A model generated the notes under the pieces. That model did no database searches, was not told the DNA's origin, and saw only the letters and a list, made by a program, of their open reading frames with translations. A program made the position numbers and the translations under genes. Shown piece by piece: positions 1-7,462 of a stretch of 64,000 nt of DNA. The stretch is from the NCBI GenBank assembly GCA_963664435.2, contig CAXXKM010000001.1, positions 1,248,001-1,312,000 on the forward strand, written 5' to 3'. This DNA comes from Longimicrobiales bacterium (lineage in GTDB: Bacteria; Gemmatimonadota; Gemmatimonadetes; Longimicrobiales; Gaopeijiaceae). Position 1 is the stretch's first letter. Every line of letters starts with the position of its first letter.

Positions 1-48
1 GTGAACGAACAGCGCAAGTACGAGGAGAGTCACGACCGGCACGGCTGA
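1..48 (+). CDS. 3' end of a CDS entering the window (VNEQRKYEESHDRHG*), product unknown
   Basis: Open frame from base 1 to TGA at 46-48 with GC3-rich codons; too short to identify. Confidence 0.4.
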   Translation: MNEQRKYEESHDRHG

Positions 49-114
49 GCCTGCCCGGTCCGGGGCTCGGCCGAGGGCCCCACGAACGTTACCGTGAACC
101 GAAGAGGAGTAGAG

Positions 115-516
115 ATGAGCGCGAATGGAAAATGGGGCCTGGTCGCCTTGGGCATCCTGGCGATGGCCGCTGCCGTCCCGGCCACCGAGTCCGGCACCCC
201 GCAGGCTCTGCCGGACGGAGTGACCGAAGAGATGGTGGAAGAGGGCAGGACGCTCTTTGCGAGCGACGCCCTGTGCTTCACCTGCCACGCAACCGGAGAG
301 GGAGTCCCGAACCTGGGACCCAACCTGACCGACGACACCTGGCTCAACATCGAGGATCCTACTTCCTATGACCAGTTTGTGGAGCTGATCAACACCGGCG
401 TCCCCGCGCCCAAGGAGCACATGATCCCCATGGTGCCAAGGGCGGGCAGCCCCATCAACGACGAGCAGGTCAGGGCCGTCGCCGCCTTCGTCTGGACGCT
501 GGCGAACGGAAGCTAG
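115..516 (+). CDS. Secreted monoheme c-type cytochrome (cbb3 subunit III-like domain)
   Basis: Signal peptide, CFTCH heme motif, GPNLTDDTWL motif, distal Met (PMVPRAG); RBS GAGGAG before ATG 115. Confidence 0.85.
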   Translation: MSANGKWGLVALGILAMAAAVPATESGTPQALPDGVTEEMVEEGRTLFASDALCFTCHATGEGVPNLGPNLTDDTWLNIEDPTSYDQFVELINTGVPAPKEHMIPMVPRAGSPINDEQVRAVAAFVWTLANGS

Positions 517-551
517 ACCACGCTCTGCGGGCGCACACGACCCGCGCGAAG

Positions 552-600
552 AAAAAAGGCCCGCCGCCTCTTCAACCTGGAAGGGGCGGCGGGCTTTCCC
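552..600. terminator. Intrinsic terminator between convergent genes, probably bidirectional
   Basis: Stem GCCCGCCGCCTCTTC / GAAGGGGCGGCGGGC with an A6 tract on the left (U tract for the - strand) and TTT on the right. Confidence 0.8.
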
Positions 601-662
601 TGTTGCCCGACGCGTGACCTGCGTCACCCGCTCGGGCGCGCTTCAGGCGGTGAGGGTCGCGG

Positions 663-1316
663 TCAGCCCCCCATGCCCTCGCCGCGCTTCATGAAGCCCA
701 TGTGGGCGCTGGCCTGCTCGAGGCCGCCCTCGCCCTCCTGCCAGCCTGTGCGGCCGTCGCCATTGGCGTCCATCCCGGAGACCAGCTGGCCGGCTACCTC
801 CGCCATCTCCTCGACCAGAGGCGCGGCGGCATCGGCGGACTCGGCTTCCTGTATCTGGGCAGCCAGTTCCAGGATGCGGTCCGCGCGCGCGACCGTGTTG
901 TTGGCCGAGGTGGAGACGTGGTTCGCGTGCGTCCGGATGTTGTCCGTGGCGCCCTCGGAATCGGCAGCCATGGAGATGTGGCGGGCCGCTCCCGACGCAG
1001 CCGGCTTCACGCCGTAGCCCGCGCCGGGGCCGTTCTCGACCACACTGGGATCGACGGCGTGCTGGACGTGGCCGGTGTGACGCTTCATGGCATCGAGGTC
1101 GGCCAGGTCACGGGCCGCCAGGCCGGCGTGCATGGCCGCAACCTCGGCCTCGGCCATGGCGGTGGGGAGCAGTCCCATCCCGTCGGGCGTGCCGCGGAAG
1201 CCGTCCGCGACGTGTCCCATGTGAGCGTGGGCGGGGCTGTCCTGGGCGGCCGCGGTCGTGGCGAAGCCGACCACGGCGAGCGCCATCAGGGCGATGGTGA
1301 ATGAACGTGCGTGCAT
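663..1316 (-). CDS. Secreted His/Met/Ala-rich helical hypothetical protein
   Basis: RBS GGAGG before ATG 1316, signal peptide ending AAA-Q, 11 His in the mature part, DANGDG loop near the C-terminus. Confidence 0.8.
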   Translation of the reverse strand: MHARSFTIALMALAVVGFATTAAAQDSPAHAHMGHVADGFRGTPDGMGLLPTAMAEAEVAAMHAGLAARDLADLDAMKRHTGHVQHAVDPSVVENGPGAGYGVKPAASGAARHISMAADSEGATDNIRTHANHVSTSANNTVARADRILELAAQIQEAESADAAAPLVEEMAEVAGQLVSGMDANGDGRTGWQEGEGGLEQASAHMGFMKRGEGMGG

Positions 1317-1497
1317 GGAGTACCTCCGTGAAGAATGAAGGGGAAGACCTTTCTGAGAAACCTGAGAACCATCCTGGAAGGCGGCTGTTTTGTCCGACGA
1401 TCTCGTTCGCCGGAGACACCTGCAGGAAAACTGCGTGTCCCGGCGGTGACAGGCAAGCGAGGGGGATGAGCCCGTGTCCAACGCGGCGGCTCGAGTC

Positions 1498-2778
1498 TCA
1501 GACCGCACCCCAGAGGCAGCTTATCGGCAATGCGTAGCGGCGACCGCCGAAGGACAGCATTCGTTCCCCGAGGTAGAAGAGGATCGAGGTCACCGTTCGC
1601 GTCTTGCCCGGGCCCACCGTGGCGAACCAGTCGAGATGTCTGAAGTCCGCTCGACCCGCTGCAGAAGATGCCTTGACTTCGATGGCAACCAGGCGGTAGC
1701 CACTCTCCGCAAGGATATCGATCTCCCTTCCGCGCTGATCGCGCCAGTGGTGGAAGCGGAAATCGTTTTCCTGATGGGGCGCTGCGCGGAGAATCTCCGA
1801 GAACACGAAGCTCTCCGCCAGGCCACCGAGCGCGGCGGGGTCGCCGTCGACGCCAAACGAGCGTGTTGTGAGGTGTCTGAGGGCCGCCGCTACGCCGGTG
1901 TCGGCAAAGTGATACTTGGCGTTTTTGATCTCGCGGCGGGTTTCGCCGGATGTCCATGCACCGAGCTTGAAGACCAGCGACAGGCGCAGGAGCACGTCCA
2001 GGTATTGGTTGACCGTGCTTCGCCGCACGCCGATCAGCGAGCATAGTTCCGCGATGTTGAGTTCGGAGGCGGTGCGGACGGCCAACTGGTCGATCAGGCG
2101 CCTCAGCGCGTCCGTCTTGCGGACCCGAACGATATCGGCGACATCGCGGTCCACGATGGTATGGACGTACTCGCGGTAGACGCGCTGTCGTTTCCGGCGT
2201 TGAAGGTTACGGATGTTGGGGTAACCGCCCCGCAGAATGAGATCGACGTAGGCCATCCGGTCGAGACGCTGCGGTGTCGGAAGCTCTCGCAGGTCAAGCG
2301 ATCCGGAGACTGCCCAATCGAGGATGGTCGATGGACCGCGCGATATCGTCTCGGCCACGGTCAGAGGCCACAGCGTCAACGTCAGGAGGCGACCGGCGAG
2401 CGAGTCCGTGACGTGGGATGAAGTGAAGATGTTGGATGAACCGGTGATCACGAACTGCCCTGGGCGATCGTCGAGGTCCACGATGCGCTTGATGGCCAGC
2501 GGCAGTTGGTGGGAACGTTGGGCTTCGTCGACGATGAGCGGAGCATCCTCAAGCTCGGCGCGCAGGGCTTTCAGTTCTTCCCAGGGATCGTTTTCGATTG
2601 CGTCAAGCGTGGTAGCGTCGTCGAGAGTGATGAATCTTCCGGTCTGCATGATGTCCCGAACGAGCGTTGTCTTTCCGACCTGGCGGGCGCCGATGATGCT
2701 CACCACGCGCGAGTAGGTCAACGCGTCTTCCAACTCGACCCTGAGGTGCCGCGGCAGAATGCTGCGCTCGGAAGGCAT
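1498..2778 (-). CDS. ATP-binding protein: AAA_14 ATPase plus DUF4143 (C-terminal PD-(D/E)XK-like nuclease)
   Basis: Walker A GARQVGKTT, Walker B LIVDEAQR, ITGSS, DSLAGR, RGGYP, K.HFADTG, EIDIL...AIEVKAS. Confidence 0.9.
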   Translation of the reverse strand: MPSERSILPRHLRVELEDALTYSRVVSIIGARQVGKTTLVRDIMQTGRFITLDDATTLDAIENDPWEELKALRAELEDAPLIVDEAQRSHQLPLAIKRIVDLDDRPGQFVITGSSNIFTSSHVTDSLAGRLLTLTLWPLTVAETISRGPSTILDWAVSGSLDLRELPTPQRLDRMAYVDLILRGGYPNIRNLQRRKRQRVYREYVHTIVDRDVADIVRVRKTDALRRLIDQLAVRTASELNIAELCSLIGVRRSTVNQYLDVLLRLSLVFKLGAWTSGETRREIKNAKYHFADTGVAAALRHLTTRSFGVDGDPAALGGLAESFVFSEILRAAPHQENDFRFHHWRDQRGREIDILAESGYRLVAIEVKASSAAGRADFRHLDWFATVGPGKTRTVTSILFYLGERMLSFGGRRYALPISCLWGAV

Positions 2779-2877
2779 GAGACCCTGAGTGGCTAGCGCG
2801 AGTAACACCGCAGTCCTGGCAGGAATGCGGATCGGGATTCGGTAAGGATCATATCGGAGGCCCGGGGGGACACAGGG

Positions 2878-2949
2878 TTACAAATCTGGTGACAACAGTG
2901 TTATCGATCTGGTGAAAATATCATTAGATGACAGGTGAAAGTTGTGTTA
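2878..2949. repeat. Degenerate 23-bp-period direct repeat array (TTA-N7-GGTGA-N8), three full units plus a fourth TTA
   Basis: TTA at 2878, 2901, 2924, 2947; GGTGA at 2888, 2911, 2934; lies in an AT-rich patch. Confidence 0.75.
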
Positions 2950-3124
2950 GCCTGTATGGGGACGCAAGTCGGGACGCCCTGAGGAACCCCGTCCACCTAA
3001 GCGAACGACAGGCGCTCACTGCGAAGAAGCTGCGGCGGAGTGGGCAGAGGAGAGCCGGATGGGACGGCCTGGGCAACACGAGCAGCGCGGCAGTTCGGCG
3101 GACCGCGCCGACGCTCTGTCCTCG

Positions 3125-4486
3125 CTACCCGAGAATCTCCGGTTTCGTCTCGCACAGGATGGAGAGGATGGCGTCGAGGTCGCCGGGGGACAGATGGGCG
3201 AAATCGCTCCCGCCCTCCTCGCCCCTGAGGATGCTCTGCAGGCGGCCGTTGACGTAGGTACGCGCCTGTGCCGGGAGGGCGTCGTACTCCGGCGAATGGA
3301 TCAGGTAGCTCAGCGGATGGCGGAAAAGCCGGGTGCGGAGGTCCAGGTCGCGGAGGGAGCGGCCCTGCGCGTCCCTGCGGGCGCCGGCCATGAAGTCGGA
3401 GGCGAAGGTCGAGGTGCCCTCGATGGGGTCCTCGAAGCGGGGGGTGCCCACGAACAGGAGGGCGCGCACGAGCGATTCGCCGAGGCCCTCGACCAGGCGG
3501 GCGGTGCGCGGAGACATCTCGCCGGGGGGCAGGCCATCCTGCTGGTCGATGTGAAGGCGGGTGCGGACGCGGTATCCCACCAGCGTGATGAGGTTCTGCA
3601 CGGTGATCTGGTGTTCGGCCACCAGCAGGGCCACGATGTCGCTGTGGGCGCCCAGGTAGGGAGCGACGTCGATGCGCTCGGACAGGTCGGTGAGGTTGCC
3701 GCCGGCCGTGATCGAGTCGCCCGCGCGACCGATGGCGACGTTCCCCATGTGGAGTTGGTCGCCGTGCGTGCCGGTGACGTACCAGCCGCCCCAGCGCTCC
3801 CGGATGGGCGTCGTGTCGGCGGTCACCTGCCACAGTTCGTGGGAGGCGAGCTGGCCGTTCTCGTCGGTCGGTCCGGAGCCCATGATGTGCCGGGGCACCC
3901 CGCCCCCGGTGAGCGAATAGGAGTCATGGCACTGGAGGCAGAGGCCGGTCTGGCGGCGGATGCGCGGGCCATCCTCCCCGTCCGGCTCCAGGTTATAGAA
4001 GACCGGTCCCAGGTCCGGGTCCTGGGCGGAGATCTCGAGGCCGTCCGTCCCCGGGGTCCAGGCGATATAGACGCGGTCGTTGAAGTAGAGGGCGCGCGGG
4101 GTCTCGGGCCAGATCAGGCGGGCCAGCAGGCTGGTCTTGGAGAAGACCAGCATCTGGGAGGAGACGGGAATCTCGAGTTCGCGCAGTACGGCCTCCAGGT
4201 AGGCGCTCGGTCCCGCACGGTCGAGGGTTACTTCGCCGTTCTCCAGGCCGCGGGCGAGGACGGCCACCGGGTCGCTGGTCTCGCCGGTGGCGTAGGGGAT
4301 GGTGGGGTATTCGGTGTCGTAGGGGAGCTGGAGGGCGGAGAGGGTCGGGGCGGGGGCCGCGGGAAGGGTCGGGGCGGGGGCCGCGGCGCCGTCCGCAGGG
4401 GTCAGGGCGGCGATCAGTACCGTAGCTGCCGCCAGGAGGCCGACGGGCGGAATCGGCGCCGTACCCCATGCGCGCAGCCGCCTCAT
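3125..4486 (-). CDS. Secreted hypothetical protein with a single CxxCH (putative c-type heme protein)
   Basis: Signal peptide, CLQCH, conserved-looking blocks SSQMLVFSKTS, TPRALYFND, ERWGGWYVTG, SDIVALLVAEHQ, GRSLRDLDLRTRLF. Confidence 0.8.
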   Translation of the reverse strand: MRRLRAWGTAPIPPVGLLAAATVLIAALTPADGAAAPAPTLPAAPAPTLSALQLPYDTEYPTIPYATGETSDPVAVLARGLENGEVTLDRAGPSAYLEAVLRELEIPVSSQMLVFSKTSLLARLIWPETPRALYFNDRVYIAWTPGTDGLEISAQDPDLGPVFYNLEPDGEDGPRIRRQTGLCLQCHDSYSLTGGGVPRHIMGSGPTDENGQLASHELWQVTADTTPIRERWGGWYVTGTHGDQLHMGNVAIGRAGDSITAGGNLTDLSERIDVAPYLGAHSDIVALLVAEHQITVQNLITLVGYRVRTRLHIDQQDGLPPGEMSPRTARLVEGLGESLVRALLFVGTPRFEDPIEGTSTFASDFMAGARRDAQGRSLRDLDLRTRLFRHPLSYLIHSPEYDALPAQARTYVNGRLQSILRGEEGGSDFAHLSPGDLDAILSILCETKPEILG

Positions 4487-4550
4487 CGGATCAACGACCT
4501 GACCCTGGGGAGCGGTTGCGGCGCTGCGTCCCGCGAAGTCGTCCGGCGCC

Positions 4551-5921
4551 TCATCGGGTGATCGCTCCGTAGGGCCGCCCGGCGCGCATGGCCGCGTAGG
4601 GCACCAGCCGTCGGGCGGCCGTCCGGCGCTTGCCTCCGGAGTCCACGAGCTCGTAGTCACCCTCCACCATCTGGAAGACGGAGAGGTCGGCGATCGCGCC
4701 CTCGCGCAGCGTTCCCAGCTCCTCGCCGAAGTCGAAGATGCCGGCGGGGGTGGAGGTCGCGCAGCGGATCACATCCTCCAGGGACATCCCCATGTGCAGG
4801 AACTTGGTCAGGGTCGTCGGGAGGCCGAACACGGGGCCGAGTGCGTTGCCGCGGTGCACGTCGCTGGAGATGGCGGCGAGCGGGATGCCCTGGCCGAGGG
4901 CGCGCTCGGCGACGTCGAAGTCCAGGTTGCCGCGGCCGTGGCCGATGTCCAGGTGGACGCCGCGCTCGACCGCCTCCAGCACCTCCGGGTAGACGTTGCC
5001 GAAATCGTCGAGGATGCTCCCGCTGCGGCGCAGGGCGTGGGTCACCACGTCCCCCGGACGGAGCATCTCCAGGATGCGCGCGAGGGGGGAGGTCTGGCCG
5101 CCAATATGCACCATGATGGGCACGCCGGCGCCCTCCGCGGCCAGGCGGGTGAGGCGCATGACCTCGATGTCGTTGCCGCCCGGGATTCCGGCCAGCATGC
5201 GCACCTTGAGGCCCACGATCACGTCCCGGTTGGCCTCCACGGTCGCAACGATGGCGTCCGGGTCGATGTACGCAAGGTCGGCCAGCTCGTTGGAGATGGT
5301 CATGCCCGGGCTGGACACGTTGAGGAGGGCGTACACGCGCGTCCGCGCGGGCGCCGCCACGTAGGTCCTGAAGCCGGGGAAGGTGGTGGCGCCCGACGAG
5401 CCGGCGTCGATGACGGTGGTGACCCCCTTGGCGATCCCGACCACGTCCGGCTCGATGGAAACGCCCGAAACGCCGTCGTAGACGTGCGCGTGGATGTCGA
5501 TCAGGCCCGGAGTGACGATCATCCCGTGCGCGCGCACCACCTGGCGGCCCTCGCTCTCGGCGATCCGTTCGGCCACGCGCGCCACCCGCCCGTCGGTGAT
5601 GCCGATGTCGCGGGGGGCGTCGATCTCCTCCCCCGGGTCGAGGAGCCGGCCGCCCACCACCACCGTGTCGAACTGGCGCTCCTGCCGTGACCGCAGGGGG
5701 AACGGTAGCGCCAGCGCGAGCCCCGCGCCCGCGGCGCCGGCGACGAACTGGCGGCGGGTGGTGGAGCCGGAGAAAGAGAGCGCCGATGCCCGGAACGCTC
5801 CCTTGATTGCGGTAGTGTCGTCGCGTGCGGCAGTGCAGCCGGGTCGACGGGACGAGCGAACGCGGAACGATCCTATGGTCGTCGATCGCTCTCCGGGTTT
5901 GGTCGAGTCGCCCACTCTCAT
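4551..5921 (-). CDS. Amidohydrolase/deacetylase family metallohydrolase (dihydroorotase-like) with Tat signal; start uncertain
   Basis: PGLIDIHAH metal motif, GVTTVIDAGSSG, GLKVR, MVHIG, DIGHG, ISSDVH; TRRQFV twin-arginine motif. Confidence 0.85.
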   Translation of the reverse strand: MRVGDSTKPGERSTTIGSFRVRSSRRPGCTAARDDTTAIKGAFRASALSFSGSTTRRQFVAGAAGAGLALALPFPLRSRQERQFDTVVVGGRLLDPGEEIDAPRDIGITDGRVARVAERIAESEGRQVVRAHGMIVTPGLIDIHAHVYDGVSGVSIEPDVVGIAKGVTTVIDAGSSGATTFPGFRTYVAAPARTRVYALLNVSSPGMTISNELADLAYIDPDAIVATVEANRDVIVGLKVRMLAGIPGGNDIEVMRLTRLAAEGAGVPIMVHIGGQTSPLARILEMLRPGDVVTHALRRSGSILDDFGNVYPEVLEAVERGVHLDIGHGRGNLDFDVAERALGQGIPLAAISSDVHRGNALGPVFGLPTTLTKFLHMGMSLEDVIRCATSTPAGIFDFGEELGTLREGAIADLSVFQMVEGDYELVDSGGKRRTAARRLVPYAAMRAGRPYGAITR

Positions 5922-6085
5922 TTCCCGTGTCCGGCGCAGCGGCCATCACGCACCGCGTGGCCCTCCTCTCTTGCTCGACACCTGTTCAGTGCTTGTTCGA
6001 CATCCAGGCAATATACGCGAAGCGGCTGCCGAAAGCCCGAAGGCTCCCGGCAGCCGCCGTCCAACTTGTCCCCTCAGGGGATCGA

Positions 6086-7450
6086 TCAGCCGCCGCCCAA
6101 CTGGGGAACGTTCTCGTTGCGCTCGCGCTCCGAATCGGGAACGTCGAAGCAGAGGCGCGCCTGGCCGTTGACGATGGTGCCGCGCGGGTTGTCGGTGAAG
6201 ATATAGGAGATGCGCTCGAAGTCGGGCAGTTCGACGTCGCCGGGCGTGTTGTTCTCCGCCCAGCGCCGCTGGTCGCCCAGCGTGCGCGCTTCCAGGAAAA
6301 GCTCGATCCCACGCTCGCGCTTGAGGCGCGTCCAGGCCTCCTCAAGACTGTTGGCCTCCCAGGGCGCCAGCGGCGTTCCGCCTGGGTGCAGCATGGTCTC
6401 GTTGGTGGTATAGGTGGCCCGCAGGCTGTTGATCGTGGTCATCGCCGCCTGCCAGTTGCCGTTCGTCAACTGGGCTTCGGCCTCGATGAGCCGCATCTCC
6501 CGGCCGCTGGCAACGTTGTACGAGTCGTTGGGGTCGTCGTACTTGTTCTGGTTGAACCAGGGAGTCTGGCCGTATCCCAGCAGGGAAGCATTGGACCACG
6601 GGAAGTTGGGATCCTCGAACCACTCCATGCGGGGGTCCCCGGTCTCCTGGTAGTAGCCGGACGCGCGCATGGGAGCGCCGCCTGCCGACATGTCCGGCTG
6701 CGGTCCGTAGTAGGTGTTCCACATGGTGAATGCCAAGTAGGGCGTCCTCGCGTTGGCCCACTGCGGGGTGTTGCGCGTTGTTGCTACGTTGGCATCCGAC
6801 GCCACTGCGTACTCGAAACTGTTGGGAACCCCGCCGGCGTCCGCCGCCGCGCCGCCCCAGTCGCCCAGGAAGGCGCGTACCGAGGCCCGGCCCGCCGTGG
6901 CCGCCATCCTCAGGGTCTCGTTGGGATTGAGGGCCAGGGCAGCGCTGAACTGTTCCTCGGCCCGCCGCAGGTAGTCCGATCCGGGAAGCAGCCCCGAACC
7001 GTTGATGACGGCCTCGCACCAGTTCTCCCCCAGAAGCCGGTTCGAGAACCCGGCCCAGACGTTGGCCTGAGCGACGACGTTGTTATCGACATCCTGGTCT
7101 GCGAACAGTTCGAGGGCGGTCTCGGCGATGAAGCGTGCCTGCTGGGCGTCATTGAAGTAGCCGGCGAAGCCGCCGGGCTGGATGTATCCGCCCTGTGCGT
7201 TCACGCTGTGCCCGTAGGAACCGGTCTGCCCGCCGGGCATGATCTGACGGGTGACGAGCGCGCCCGTGTAGCCGATCCAGCCGATGCCCTCGCTCAGGCG
7301 GCGCTGCGAACCGTTGACCAGTCCCTCGCGGGACTCCTCCTCCACCAGGAACTCGTCCTGGATGGGACCGGGGTTGATGACCTCACACGCGGCGACGCCC
7401 ACGATGGTCGCCACCAGGGTTGCGCTTCTGATTGCGTTCTTTGCGTTCAT
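6086..7450 (-). CDS. RagB/SusD family outer-membrane lipoprotein
   Basis: Lipobox VAAC, EMRLIEAEA, ERGIELFLEARTLGDQRR; directly downstream of the SusC-like gene. Confidence 0.88.
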   Translation of the reverse strand: MNAKNAIRSATLVATIVGVAACEVINPGPIQDEFLVEEESREGLVNGSQRRLSEGIGWIGYTGALVTRQIMPGGQTGSYGHSVNAQGGYIQPGGFAGYFNDAQQARFIAETALELFADQDVDNNVVAQANVWAGFSNRLLGENWCEAVINGSGLLPGSDYLRRAEEQFSAALALNPNETLRMAATAGRASVRAFLGDWGGAAADAGGVPNSFEYAVASDANVATTRNTPQWANARTPYLAFTMWNTYYGPQPDMSAGGAPMRASGYYQETGDPRMEWFEDPNFPWSNASLLGYGQTPWFNQNKYDDPNDSYNVASGREMRLIEAEAQLTNGNWQAAMTTINSLRATYTTNETMLHPGGTPLAPWEANSLEEAWTRLKRERGIELFLEARTLGDQRRWAENNTPGDVELPDFERISYIFTDNPRGTIVNGQARLCFDVPDSERERNENVPQLGGG

Positions 7451-7462
7451 TTTGCCCTCCCC

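Noticed and set aside
1440..3020. Insertion sequence or target-site duplication around the ATPase gene
   Set aside because: No transposase or terminal inverted repeats; only a 7-bp GACAGGC match on both sides, which is not significant
4340..4390. 24-bp tandem duplication encoding AAPAPTLP/AAPAPTLS
   Set aside because: Ordinary linker slippage after the signal peptide
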